Numbered from the stretch's first letter, positions 36,893 to 47,335 are shown. The stretch: 64,000 bases of DNA from an uncultured Clostridia bacterium (GCA_944350265.1 CALVOG010000001.1:85470-149469); one strand, 5' to 3'. Notes: a model not told the origin generated them from the letters alone. Program-made: numbers and translations.

Positions 36893-38959
36893 CTATTCGC
36901 GTCTGAGTGATTCCACAGGGTCTAGGCGGGCTGCCTTGCTTGCTGGATAAAGTCCGCTTAATATGCTTATCACAACCGAAACGCCAAGCGCGATGAATGG
37001 ATAATACCACCTAAACGAAAGCGGAGCGATGCCCACGAGGTTGATTAGGATGATATAGATTACAAGCATCAAAAAGCCTGCAACGGCAAGCCCGCACAGC
37101 CCTGACAGCAAGCCCACGAGGAAACTTTCGGAGGAGAAAATGCGGTGAATGTCCTTTTTGCGCGCGCCGATTGACTTCAAAACGCCGATTTCCTTTGTGC
37201 GCTCGCTGACGCTCATATACATCACCACCAAAATCATAATTGCCGAAACGAAAAGTGAGATGGCGGAGAGTATAACAAGCGAGGTGCCGATTGTGTCAGC
37301 CATACTTTGGAACATACTTGCAAGCCCTTCCTCAATCGAGCCGGTGTAGCCCTCAAGGGTGGAGATATAGCGGTTGATAGCGGACGAAACCTCTTCGCTT
37401 TGTGTTTTAATGTAATAGGTGGTTGGTTGTGCTGGCTTCTTTGAGTATTCAGTGAACTTACTCATAAAGAAGTCGTAATCAATATAGATTATCGGCATAC
37501 TGCTGAAAACCGACGTATCCATAATTCCCGTGATTTTCGATTCCGTGCTGTCAATTTCGTTGCCAATGGTAAATTCGGTGCCATCAAAATTTATAACAAC
37601 CTTAACGCTCTTCCCAACAGGATTTTCCTCACCAAAGAAGTTGTAGATTGAAGGCGTCAGCATAATTCCGCCCTCGCTTGTGGACATTTCGCCTTCGACG
37701 AGGTTGGTTTCGGTGTAGTAAGGCGGGGTGGTGTAAAGATAAGTTATGCTGAGTTTTTCTTCATCACTAATTATGCCGTCGCCGTCAAGGTCGTATTCAA
37801 TGTGCGCAGTTAAAATTCCAGGGAAGGTCATCATATTAAACCCTGGTGAAAGGTTCTTATCGGTGATAAGTTCACTTTCGTCAAAGCCGTTTTCGGTGAG
37901 GTAGGCGTTTATACCTTCCACAATTTGCCCAATTTCTTCACCTTCGGCGTCGAAAAGCGGAATTTCAATCCCGCCACCCGTGAACATATCTCCATAGTCC
38001 ATAGATTTAGACACCGTGACAATGGTTGGGTCGGAATAGGACTTCATTGTGCTCGTTATAAAGTCGGTTATGCCGGAACTGAAACACATCATAAGAAGAA
38101 GTGAACCAATGCCAATCGCCACACCGAAAGCCATAAGAAAATTCTTGGTTTTACTTGCCCACATATTGTGAAAAGACAGTTTGATTGCCGACCAATACGA
38201 CAAATTTTGTTTTAATTTTTTCTCCTTTTTCTTCACCTCTTTAAAGGTTTTGTCGCTGTCTTTTTTATAGTTTTCATTTTTGTGGTCGCTGACAATTCTG
38301 CCATCGGCAATCTCCACAACGCGCGAGGACACCGAGGCAACTTTCTCGGAGTGCGTCACCATAATCACCAACTTTCCGCTGTCGGCAATTTCCTTCAATA
38401 TTTTAAGTATTTGCATTGTGGTTGAGGTGTCAAGCGAGCCTGTTGGTTCGTCGGCAATGATGATGTCAGGGTTATTAATGAGCGCTCTTGCAATGGCGAC
38501 GCGCTGTTTTTGTCCGCCAGAGAGTTGCGTTGGTTTTTTCTTTAATTGCGATTCCAGCCCAACAAGTTTAAGGATGTTTGTTGCGCGCTCCACCTTCTCT
38601 TTTTCACTGACGTTAGACAGCGTGAGAGCAAGGGTGACGTTATCTAGTATCGAAAGGTGCGAGATGAGGTTGAAGGACTGAAAAACAAAACCCACCTTAT
38701 CTTTTCGATACTTATCTAATTCCTTATCGGTGAGTTTTCGCAAATTTTCACCACTGACAATGATGTCGCCGGTAAAATCGGAATCCAGCCCGCCGATGAG
38801 GTTCATAAGGGTGGACTTACCGCTTCCGCTTTCGCCCACAATGGAAACGAGTTCACCGCTTGAAAAAGAGACGCTGATGTTGTGAAGCGCCTGAAAGTTC
38901 TCGTTTTTATTTACCTTATATATCTTATTCACATTGGATATTTTAAGCATTTCATCCAT
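36893..38959 (-). CDS. fused ABC transporter ATP-binding/permease protein, MacB/FtsX type
   Basis: Walker A GESGSGKST, signature LSGGQKQRVAIARAL and Walker B IIIADEPTGSLD. These are followed by TM1, a large extracytoplasmic domain and the FtsX 3-TM bundle. I start at MDEMLK, which follows AGAGGTG. Confidence 0.85.
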   Translation of the reverse strand: MDEMLKISNVNKIYKVNKNENFQALHNISVSFSSGELVSIVGESGSGKSTLMNLIGGLDSDFTGDIIVSGENLRKLTDKELDKYRKDKVGFVFQSFNLISHLSILDNVTLALTLSNVSEKEKVERATNILKLVGLESQLKKKPTQLSGGQKQRVAIARALINNPDIIIADEPTGSLDTSTTMQILKILKEIADSGKLVIMVTHSEKVASVSSRVVEIADGRIVSDHKNENYKKDSDKTFKEVKKKEKKLKQNLSYWSAIKLSFHNMWASKTKNFLMAFGVAIGIGSLLLMMCFSSGITDFITSTMKSYSDPTIVTVSKSMDYGDMFTGGGIEIPLFDAEGEEIGQIVEGINAYLTENGFDESELITDKNLSPGFNMMTFPGILTAHIEYDLDGDGIISDEEKLSITYLYTTPPYYTETNLVEGEMSTSEGGIMLTPSIYNFFGEENPVGKSVKVVINFDGTEFTIGNEIDSTESKITGIMDTSVFSSMPIIYIDYDFFMSKFTEYSKKPAQPTTYYIKTQSEEVSSAINRYISTLEGYTGSIEEGLASMFQSMADTIGTSLVILSAISLFVSAIMILVVMYMSVSERTKEIGVLKSIGARKKDIHRIFSSESFLVGLLSGLCGLAVAGFLMLVIYIILINLVGIAPLSFRWYYPFIALGVSVVISILSGLYPASKAARLDPVESLRRE

Positions 38960-39193
38960 TTTATTCACCTCTAAAATTTACACGAAAGTAACATTGACTA
39001 AGTTCACCAAATTTTTATCAAAATTTCCGTAAATATTTAAAACACTCATTAATTCGTTGAAGTGGTTAAAACTTTCGCTTTTCAACCAAACACACTCTCA
39101 TTCTACACCAACATAAATTTTTTTTCAACTTATTTTGATAATATCAAAAAAATCTTTGCGAGTAATCTTTTAAAATAAATTGCTTAAAATTGT

Positions 39194-39222
39194 TTGGTAT
39201 GTTGAGAAAAAGGTGCTATAAT
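39194..39222 (+). promoter_or_regulatory. sigma-A type promoter of comM
   Basis: TTGGTA, 17 nt spacer, TGcTATAAT (extended -10). The first ATG of the track ORF lies inside the -10 box. Confidence 0.5.
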
Positions 39223-39244
39223 GAAAAATATACTTGGAGGAAAA

Positions 39245-40783
39245 ATGTTATCAACACTGAAAAGTTTTGGGCTGACCGGCATCGATGGCTTCACGGTTGA
39301 TGTGGAAATTGATATTGTGGGCGGACTTCCGCGCATCGATATTGTCGGGCTTGGCGACACGGCGGTGAAAGAGTCGAAAGAGCGCGTTAAGTCTGCGATA
39401 AGAAACAGCGGTTTGGAGTTTTTACCAAAGTCCATCACGCTTAACCTTGCACCAGCCGACATAAAGAAAGAGGGACCGATATATGACTTGGCTTTTGCGG
39501 TTGGAATACTCTCGGCGTCCGAGCAAATCACCACAAAGGACTATAAGGACTACATAATCTTAGGCGAATTGTCGCTTGACGGAAAAGTGAAAAAGGTACG
39601 CGGGGTTCTGCCGATGTTAATCTCGGCGCGCTCGAAAGGTTTTAGGAATTTCATCATACCAAAAGAGAACGAAAACGAGGCGAGTTTTATCGAAAACATA
39701 AATTGCTATGCCTTTTCCTCACTAGCCCAAGTGGTCGCTTTTCTCAACAGGGATGTGAACAAGGAGAACTATCTTGTTAAGACCAAAAGGTTTGCCGATA
39801 TCGCCACAAAAAACACCAATAAGTTAGATTTTGAGAATGTGAAAGGGCAGAAAATGGCAAAGCGCGCACTTGAAATTGCGGCGGCAGGCGGGCATAATGT
39901 GCTTATGATAGGTCCACCAGGAAGCGGAAAGAGTATGCTTGCCAAGTGCTTTTCGGGGATACTGCCTGACCTCACCTTTGAAGAGGCACTTGAAGTGACA
40001 AAAATTCATTCGGTCGCTGGCGAACTTGACCTAAACGAGGGGATTATCACAGAGCGTCCTTTCCGCACGCCTCACCACACCGCAACGGCGATAAGTTTAA
40101 CGGGCGGAGGGGCGCACGCCAAGCCTGGTGAAATAAGTTTGGCGCATAACGGCGTTCTCTTCCTCGACGAATTTCCAGAGTATTCACGTCACCTCATTGA
40201 AACCTTGCGTCAACCGCTGGAGGATGGGTATATCACCGTGGCGCGAAACCTTTTAACGATAACCTATCCCGCTTCCTTCACCTTGATTGCGTCGATGAAC
40301 CCGTGTCCGTGCGGAAATTATGGTTCGAAGGATAGAGAATGTTCCTGTTCGCCAACTCAAATTCACAAATACCTCTCTAAACTCTCGGGTCCAATTATGG
40401 ATAGGATTGACATACACGTTGAGGTTGATAACATAACGTATAAAGAACTTAACGCCGAGAACAAGGAAGAGCCAACGGCGAAAATTAAAGAGCGAGTGGA
40501 TAAGGCGCGCGCAGTGCAACTTGAAAGGTTTAAAAATTCGAAGGTGTTTTCAAATGCCAAGATGAGCGTGCCACAAATGAAAAAGTTTTGTCCGCTCTCT
40601 GGCGATTGTCAGCGCCTTATGGAAACCGCGTTCACCAATCTTAAACTCAGCGCACGCGCACACGATAGAATTTTGAAGGTTGCGCGCACGATTGCCGACC
40701 TTGAGGGCGAAGAGAACATTCGACCAGAACATATTGCCGAGGCAATCTCGTATCGCGGGCTTGATAGGAAATACTTTAAATGA
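39245..40783 (+). CDS. comM: YifB/ComM family Mg-chelatase-like AAA+ ATPase
   Basis: A Lon-protease-like N-domain, Walker A GPPGSGKSM, LFLDEFPE and an MCM-like core. The ATG follows GGAGGAAAA. Confidence 0.9.
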   Translation: MLSTLKSFGLTGIDGFTVDVEIDIVGGLPRIDIVGLGDTAVKESKERVKSAIRNSGLEFLPKSITLNLAPADIKKEGPIYDLAFAVGILSASEQITTKDYKDYIILGELSLDGKVKKVRGVLPMLISARSKGFRNFIIPKENENEASFIENINCYAFSSLAQVVAFLNRDVNKENYLVKTKRFADIATKNTNKLDFENVKGQKMAKRALEIAAAGGHNVLMIGPPGSGKSMLAKCFSGILPDLTFEEALEVTKIHSVAGELDLNEGIITERPFRTPHHTATAISLTGGGAHAKPGEISLAHNGVLFLDEFPEYSRHLIETLRQPLEDGYITVARNLLTITYPASFTLIASMNPCPCGNYGSKDRECSCSPTQIHKYLSKLSGPIMDRIDIHVEVDNITYKELNAENKEEPTAKIKERVDKARAVQLERFKNSKVFSNAKMSVPQMKKFCPLSGDCQRLMETAFTNLKLSARAHDRILKVARTIADLEGEENIRPEHIAEAISYRGLDRKYFK

Positions 40784-40904
40784 CCACTACCTATATATTA
40801 GATTTGTCCTTGTATTTACTTAATAATTCGATTGTGCTGAAAATTACTAAATGCAAGTTTATAACCTTGCTCATAACAATACTACGACGCTTAAATGACG
40901 TAAA

Positions 40905-41984
40905 ATGTTGGAGAATATGAAAAAGAAGATTTTAACCTACCTATCTCTCGCCGAAATTCCAAACAAGAAAATGGAAGCGGTGATGGAAATTGTTGAAGAA
41001 AATGGAATTGACGACATAAGAAAACTTGTTGCCGACAAGGGTGTTATGTCAGTTTTATCGGCTAATGAATACGCAAACCTAGCGAAGAAGTTTGATGTGT
41101 TTGATTCGTATGTGAAAAATTTGAAAAGCGACGGCATTGAGGTTATCATAATTGATGACGAAAATTATCCAAATCGCCTCAAAGATTTGCCTGACGCGCC
41201 ACTTCTTCTCTATGTGAAAGGCGATGCGTCGCTTTTAAACAGCGACTGCTTTTCGATTGTGGGAACGAGGATACCGTCGAACTACGGCAAGTTTGTCACC
41301 GAAAAATTGGCGCGCGAACTTGCGGAAGCGGGGCTTACCATTGTGAGTGGGCTTGCGTATGGTGTGGACTCTCTTTCGCATCGCTCGGCACTTGAAGTTG
41401 GCGGGAAAACGATTGCGGTTTTGGGAGGCGGACTTAACCACATTTACCCCGAAGCGAACACAAACCTTGCCGAAGAAATGATGAAAAAGGGGCTTGTTAT
41501 AAGCGAGTATCCGCCGTTTTCGCCACCGACGAAATACACCTTCCCACTGCGTAACCGAATAATCGCGGGGTTATCGCTTGGCACACTTATCACCGAGGCG
41601 AGTAAGAAAAGTGGAACCATTCACACCAAGGACTACACGCTTGACTATGGCAGAGATTTGTTTGCCGTGCCTGGGAACATAAATTCGTCAAAAAGCGAAC
41701 TTCCAAACGAGTTAATCAGAAGTTCGCAAGCCGAATGTGTGATTGAAGTGGACGATATTTTGAAGTTTTACGGCATTGACGGCGTCAAAAAGGAAGAAAA
41801 GACGGTGGAGGTCAGTTTCGATGAGCAAACAATCTTAAATTTACTTAAAGACGGCGAGCAAGATTTTGACTATCTGGCACAAAAATCGCAACTTCCAACA
41901 AATATTTTGAACAGTTGTTTGACAACTTTGGAAATTCGTGGTTTAATAAGAAGAATGCCATCGAAAACATTTATGTTGGCATAA
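40905..41984 (+). CDS. dprA: DNA processing protein DprA (Smf)
   Basis: IVGTR, GLAYGVDSLSHRSAL, GGGLNHIYP and a Rossmann-like fold. The start may instead be the ATG at 40917. Confidence 0.9.
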   Translation: MLENMKKKILTYLSLAEIPNKKMEAVMEIVEENGIDDIRKLVADKGVMSVLSANEYANLAKKFDVFDSYVKNLKSDGIEVIIIDDENYPNRLKDLPDAPLLLYVKGDASLLNSDCFSIVGTRIPSNYGKFVTEKLARELAEAGLTIVSGLAYGVDSLSHRSALEVGGKTIAVLGGGLNHIYPEANTNLAEEMMKKGLVISEYPPFSPPTKYTFPLRNRIIAGLSLGTLITEASKKSGTIHTKDYTLDYGRDLFAVPGNINSSKSELPNELIRSSQAECVIEVDDILKFYGIDGVKKEEKTVEVSFDEQTILNLLKDGEQDFDYLAQKSQLPTNILNSCLTTLEIRGLIRRMPSKTFMLA

Positions 41985-41997
41985 AAGGAGAAAACGC

Positions 41998-44070
41998 TTG
42001 AAACTTGTGGTTATTGAGGCCCCTGCAAAAAGGGAAACTTTGAAAAAATATCTTGGGCAAGGCTATGAGGTCTTTGCCACCAAAGGGCATATTAGAGATT
42101 TGCCGGTTAAGAGTTTTGCGATTGACATTAGCAACAATTTTGAACCGCACTATGAAAATAAGCCCGACAAAAAGGAACTTATAAGCGAACTTAAAAACAA
42201 GGCAAGTAAGGCGGAAGAAGTGCTTATCGCAACCGACCCCGACAGAGAGGGAGAGGCAATTTCTTGGCATATTGCGAATGTTTTAAACTTAAATCCAAGC
42301 ACAAAGTGCCGTATTCAATTCAACGAAATTTCCAAAAATGCCGTTTTGAAAGCGCTTAAAAGCCCGCGCGCGATTGACCTAAATTTGGTGAACGCTCAGC
42401 AAGCGCGTAGGGTGATGGATAGGATTGTGGGCTACAAACTTTCGCCGATTATCTCCAAAAAAGTGGCGCCAAAATTGTCGGCAGGGCGCGTGCAATCGGT
42501 GGCGCTTAAACTTGTGGTGGACAGAGAAAATGAGATAAAAAACTTTAAGCCAGAAGAGTATTGGACGGTCACTGCTTTCCACGAAAAAAGCAAGATTGCC
42601 TTTAAATCCACCTTGCAAGGCTATAAAAACAAGAAAATCAAACTTGAAAACAAAGAAAAAGTGGAAGAGGCGCTTAAAGTTATCAAATCCTCACAATTCA
42701 TAGTTGAAAATATTAAAAAATCAAAGACAAAATCTCACGCGCCAGCACCTTTCACAACAAGCACAATGCAACAAGATGCGCTTAATAAACTTGGTATGAG
42801 TTTGAAGCGCACCACCGCGTCCGCGCAGGAACTCTACGAGGGCGTGGAGGTTGCAGGCGAGGGCAAGATTGCGCTTATAACCTATATAAGAACCGACTCG
42901 ACACGTGTTTCGGAGGACGCACAAAAGGCGTGCCGAGAGTTTATTTTGAACAAATACGGCAAGGATTACCTCCCAGAGAAGCCAAATATCTACGCCACCA
43001 AAAAGAATGCGCAAGACGCACACGAGGCAATTCGCCCTATTTCGATGAACATAACGCCAGAAATGGTGGAAAAAAGTTTAACGAAAGATAACTTTAAACT
43101 CTATAAACTCATCTACGAGCGCTTCCTTGCAAGCCAAATGAATGAGGCGGAATACAGCAATGTTGCCGTGAACATCGATGCGGGCGGGTATAACTTTAAG
43201 GCAAGCGGACGCACGCTTGAATTTGCTGGCTACACGGCTGTTTATAAGGAATTTGTTGACGAGGACAAGGAAAAAGACAAGAAGGAAATATCTAAACTTC
43301 CACCTCTTACTGAGGGCGAAAATCTTTTAGTTAAAGATATTAAAGAGGAGCAAAAATTCACCAAGCCACCTGTTCGTTACACCGAGGCAAGCCTTGTGAA
43401 AGCAATGGAAGAAAAGGGGATTGGACGCCCTGCAACATACGCCGCAACCGTCACAATACTGACCGCGCGTGCCTACTGCGAAAAGGACGGGAAATACCTC
43501 GTGCCGACAGAACTTGGTTGCAAGATAACCGAATACCTTGAAAAGTTTTTCAGTGGCGTTATCAACGTTAAATTCACTGCGCATATGGAAAATCGCCTCG
43601 ACGATATCGCGGAGGATAAGGACGACTGGCACGACGTTGTTTCGAGTTTTTGGAACGGCTTTAAGGGGCTTTTGGAGAAAGCGGACGCCTCGTCCGTCAC
43701 AATGAAGCAAGAGCCGATTGAAACCGACGTGGTTTGCGATAAGTGCGGGCATAAAATGCTTTTACGAGAGGGTAGGTTTGGCAAATTTTTGGGTTGCTCG
43801 AACTTCCCTAAGTGCCGAAATATCCTGCCATATAACGAAAAAGAGGAGCGTAAAAGCGTGGGTAAATGTCCTAACTGCGGAAAGAATGTTTTTGCGCTTC
43901 GAACTAAGAAAGGGAAAACTTTTTACGCGTGCGAAGATAGAACGGGCTGTAACTTTATGAGTTGGGATATTCCAACAGGCGAAAAATGCCCAGAGTGCGG
44001 GAATTATCTCATTCGAAAAGGTAAAACTATAAAATGCTCCAACTGTAACTATGTTAAGGCGGAGGTTTGA
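41998..44070 (+). CDS. topA: DNA topoisomerase I
   Basis: Toprim VVIEAPAKR...DPDREGEAISWH, the catalytic Tyr region YIRTDSTR, and C-terminal Cys4 zinc ribbons. TTG start follows AAAGGAG. Confidence 0.95.
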   Translation: MKLVVIEAPAKRETLKKYLGQGYEVFATKGHIRDLPVKSFAIDISNNFEPHYENKPDKKELISELKNKASKAEEVLIATDPDREGEAISWHIANVLNLNPSTKCRIQFNEISKNAVLKALKSPRAIDLNLVNAQQARRVMDRIVGYKLSPIISKKVAPKLSAGRVQSVALKLVVDRENEIKNFKPEEYWTVTAFHEKSKIAFKSTLQGYKNKKIKLENKEKVEEALKVIKSSQFIVENIKKSKTKSHAPAPFTTSTMQQDALNKLGMSLKRTTASAQELYEGVEVAGEGKIALITYIRTDSTRVSEDAQKACREFILNKYGKDYLPEKPNIYATKKNAQDAHEAIRPISMNITPEMVEKSLTKDNFKLYKLIYERFLASQMNEAEYSNVAVNIDAGGYNFKASGRTLEFAGYTAVYKEFVDEDKEKDKKEISKLPPLTEGENLLVKDIKEEQKFTKPPVRYTEASLVKAMEEKGIGRPATYAATVTILTARAYCEKDGKYLVPTELGCKITEYLEKFFSGVINVKFTAHMENRLDDIAEDKDDWHDVVSSFWNGFKGLLEKADASSVTMKQEPIETDVVCDKCGHKMLLREGRFGKFLGCSNFPKCRNILPYNEKEERKSVGKCPNCGKNVFALRTKKGKTFYACEDRTGCNFMSWDIPTGEKCPECGNYLIRKGKTIKCSNCNYVKAEV

Positions 44071-44071
44071 G

Positions 44072-45241
44072 TTGACGCGCGAAAAGGGAAGATATGTGAA
44101 GATTGTTGGTGGCGGACTTGTTGGATGCGAAGTTGCTTATATTCTTGCAAGGAATGGTTTTTGCGTGCATATTTTCGACAAAAAACAACCTCTTATGTGC
44201 CACATTGAGCGCCGTATAGCACTAAAAAATGAACTCGACGCGGAACTGAGCGCTTTCGACAGCCCAGCATATCTTCTTGCGAAGCGCCTCGGGGTGAACG
44301 TTGAAAATATCGACGGCGAATTTGTTGATATGGTTAGAGATAAACTTAAAACCTTTTCTAATCTTTCCTTTGTCGACGCTGAAATCGACGAACTTAACTA
44401 TAACGAACTCACTTTGCTTTGCACTGGCAATAACACGACAAAAAATCTTATTAGAAATTTGTCGAAATTTGTCGGTGAAAACAAGGTGAATTTTTTTCAT
44501 CCAGCGCCAATCAAAGTTTCATATATCGACCTAAAAAACCTCCATTATGACGGCGAAAATCTCTATCATATCAACCTAAATGAAAACGATTTTGGCTTGC
44601 TTGTTGAGAATTTGAAAAAATATCGAAAGCGCTATGATAGCGACGATTACGTAAACGAGATAAGCATTGAAAAGCGCGCGGAAAACAACTCGCTTCGCAC
44701 CTATCTTCGCCCAATCTACACGCAAAACGAAAAGCCGTTCGCTTCAATTAGGCTGAAAAAGTTTGAAGGTGACTATGAACTTGTTGATTTCTACACCGCG
44801 CTCAATAACACTGAACAAGAAAAAATCTTAAAAAGTATTCCCGCCCTTCAAAATGCTGTTATAACCTCGTTTGGCAAAATTTATCTTCGCACACATCTTA
44901 AATCTTCCACGTGCATTGATAGGTTTTTGAAGATAAAAAACCACGAAAACATCTTCGTTGGCGGTGGCTTTTTGGGCGTGGGCGGGGTGTATGAAAATTT
45001 ACTTGTTGCAAACTACATCGCTCACAACATTATGCGCGAACTTAACGGCAAAAACCTCTTTGAAAGTCCAAAAAACACTGCGCTTGGGCTTCTCGTTGAA
45101 AAATTATTGAAAAAAAGTTGTTTAAATGATATGCTTTTAAGTTTAAACTATGATATAATAGGAAAGGACGAATTAAATTTCGATAGTGGCGAAATCCTTA
45201 AATTTAAGGAAAATTGTCACGGAAAATTTTTGCAAAACTAA
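44072..45241 (+). CDS. divergent TrmFO/Gid-like FAD-dependent protein
   Basis: The dinucleotide fold reads IVGGGLVGCEVAYILARNG. The C-terminal block LVDFYTALNNTEQEKILKSIPALQNAVITSFG...FVGGGFLGVGGVYENL parallels TrmFO. Located after topA, as gid/trmFO is in Bacillus. TTG start sits 6 nt after GGAGG. Confidence 0.55.
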   Translation: MTREKGRYVKIVGGGLVGCEVAYILARNGFCVHIFDKKQPLMCHIERRIALKNELDAELSAFDSPAYLLAKRLGVNVENIDGEFVDMVRDKLKTFSNLSFVDAEIDELNYNELTLLCTGNNTTKNLIRNLSKFVGENKVNFFHPAPIKVSYIDLKNLHYDGENLYHINLNENDFGLLVENLKKYRKRYDSDDYVNEISIEKRAENNSLRTYLRPIYTQNEKPFASIRLKKFEGDYELVDFYTALNNTEQEKILKSIPALQNAVITSFGKIYLRTHLKSSTCIDRFLKIKNHENIFVGGGFLGVGGVYENLLVANYIAHNIMRELNGKNLFESPKNTALGLLVEKLLKKSCLNDMLLSLNYDIIGKDELNFDSGEILKFKENCHGKFLQN

Positions 45242-45253
45242 AAGGAGACTGTA

Positions 45254-46564
45254 ATGAATTACACACCAAGTCAAATCGTTAAGGAACTCGATAAATACAT
45301 CATCGGGCAGGCGGACGCAAAACGCGCTGTTGCAGTGGCACTTCGAAATCGCTACCGAAGAAGCCACTTGCCAAGTGAAATACGCGACGAAATCACACCT
45401 AAAAACATCATTATGCGTGGCGCAACAGGCGTGGGAAAAACGGAAATCGCAAGGCGTCTTGCTAAACTTGTCGGCGCACCTTTTGTGAAGGTGGAGGCAA
45501 CGAAATACACCGAGGTTGGCTATGTGGGCAGAGATGTTGAAAGTATGGTGAGAGACCTCGTTGAGGTTGCCGTTCGAATGGTTAAGGACCAGAAGAAAAA
45601 AGAAGTTGAAAACAAGGTTATGCCAATCGTTGAAAATAAACTTATCGACGCGCTCTACCAAAACCGCCGTGTAACAATGGTTGAGGTTAAACGTGAGGAC
45701 CTCGAGAGGGAATTACGCGAACATAAGTGCGAGGAAGAACTTGTGGAGGTCACCGTTTTGGACACGCCAAAACCACTTATGGCTTTTGGTGGGGGCGAGA
45801 TTAATCTCGGCTCGATGTTCGACGGGCTTCAACCGCCAAGACATAAGAAGAAAAAAATGACCGTTCGTCACGCGCGTGACCTTCTTCTTCAAGAGGAAAC
45901 CGATAAGGTGATTGATATGGACAACGTCAACGAAGAGGCACTTTCGCTCGCGGAGGAGCAGGGTATCATCTTCATCGACGAAATCGACAAAATTATCGGT
46001 AAAAGTCAATCGACTAACAGCGCCGACGTTTCGCGTGAGGGTGTTCAAAGAGATATTTTGCCGATTGTTGAGGGTAGCACCGTGCCAACAAAATACGGCA
46101 ATGTGAAAACCGATTTCATTCTCTTTATTGCGGCGGGCGCTTTCCATCTTGCCAAAATGGAGGATATGATACCAGAACTTCAAGGGCGTTTCCCAATTCG
46201 TGTTGAACTTCAAAGTTTAACGCAAGATGACTTCAAAAAGATTTTAACAACACCAAAGAACGCTGTGACCGTTCAATACGCCAACCTTCTTAGGGTGGAT
46301 AATGTTGATTTGAAATTCACCGATGACGCGCTTGATGAAATCGCTTCCATCGCCAAAAAGGAAAATGAGATTGAGGATTTGGGTGCGCGTAGGCTTCACA
46401 CAATTATGGAAGCGCTACTTGAAGATATCTCCTTTAACGCCACGGGCGAGCATCCTATGACGACCATCAACATCGACCGCGAGTATGTGCAGAAGGCGTA
46501 TAAGGAAAGAGACAAAAAGTCGTCAAACCGCGTCAAAATGGGCTTTCAACTGCCTGAGAACTAA
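45254..46564 (+). CDS. hslU: ATP-dependent protease ATPase subunit HslU
   Basis: [33 protein letters not shown], Walker [16 protein letters not shown], Walker [11 protein letters not shown], and FIAAGAF. Confidence 0.9.
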   Translation: MNYTPSQIVKELDKYIIGQADAKRAVAVALRNRYRRSHLPSEIRDEITPKNIIMRGATGVGKTEIARRLAKLVGAPFVKVEATKYTEVGYVGRDVESMVRDLVEVAVRMVKDQKKKEVENKVMPIVENKLIDALYQNRRVTMVEVKREDLERELREHKCEEELVEVTVLDTPKPLMAFGGGEINLGSMFDGLQPPRHKKKKMTVRHARDLLLQEETDKVIDMDNVNEEALSLAEEQGIIFIDEIDKIIGKSQSTNSADVSREGVQRDILPIVEGSTVPTKYGNVKTDFILFIAAGAFHLAKMEDMIPELQGRFPIRVELQSLTQDDFKKILTTPKNAVTVQYANLLRVDNVDLKFTDDALDEIASIAKKENEIEDLGARRLHTIMEALLEDISFNATGEHPMTTINIDREYVQKAYKERDKKSSNRVKMGFQLPEN

Positions 46565-46566
46565 AT

Positions 46567-47232
46567 ATGTGGCTGGATAGAACGAAGAGTTTGCTGGGCG
46601 AGGACGGCATAAAAAAACTTCAAAACGCGTCCGTTACGATTGTTGGCGTCGGCGGAGTTGGTGGCGAGGTCGCCGTGCTTTTGGCGCGCGCGGGAATTGG
46701 ACGATTGAGGCTTATCGACTTCGATGTTGTTGATGAAACCAACATTAATCGGCAGGCGGTTGCATACACTAACACAGTTGGCAAGAAAAAAACTGACGTT
46801 TTGGCGGAAATTATCAAAAAAATCAATCCTAATTGCCTTGTCGAGGCGATTTCCAAGAGGTTAACAAAAGAAAATGTTGGCGAACTTTTGGGAGATTTCT
46901 TTGTGGTTGACGCCATCGACAGCGTGCAAGATAAAGTGGAACTTATTGACTACGCCACCAAAAATAACCTTCAAATTATTTCTGCAATGGGCGCTGGGAA
47001 TCGATTTGATTATCCATATTTTAAGGTGGTGGATATCTACAAAACTTCAAACGACGGGCTTGCTAAGGTGCTACGTAAGAAACTTAAAGAGCGGGGCGTG
47101 AAAAAACTTCAAGTTGTTGCGCCAGAAAGTGTTGCGCAAAAAATTTCGCCGGTTGGGAGCATTTCTTATTATCCTGTTGCGTGCGCGACCGTTGTTTCGG
47201 CATATGTTGTCAACCAAATTTTAGCAAACTAA
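46567..47232 (+). CDS. tcdA: tRNA threonylcarbamoyladenosine dehydratase (ThiF/MoeB fold)
   Basis: IVGVGGVGGEVAVLLARAGIGRLRLIDFDVVDETNINRQ. 221 aa. Confidence 0.8.
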   Translation: MWLDRTKSLLGEDGIKKLQNASVTIVGVGGVGGEVAVLLARAGIGRLRLIDFDVVDETNINRQAVAYTNTVGKKKTDVLAEIIKKINPNCLVEAISKRLTKENVGELLGDFFVVDAIDSVQDKVELIDYATKNNLQIISAMGAGNRFDYPYFKVVDIYKTSNDGLAKVLRKKLKERGVKKLQVVAPESVAQKISPVGSISYYPVACATVVSAYVVNQILAN

Positions 47233-47335
47233 AAATGTATTTTAATCTAAAAACACAAAAAATTTACTAAAAAAATGAAAAAAAATCGAAAAAAACCGCA
47301 AAATTTGTGAAAAATAAGTTAAAAGCGTTAATTTT
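47231..47335. promoter_or_regulatory. phased A-tract array upstream of trxA
   Basis: About ten A4-A8 tracts at a period of roughly 10 bp: ...AAAAACAC AAAAAATTTACT AAAAAAATG AAAAAAAATCG AAAAAAACCGC AAAATTTGTG AAAAATAAGTT AAAAGCGTT. Confidence 0.65.
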
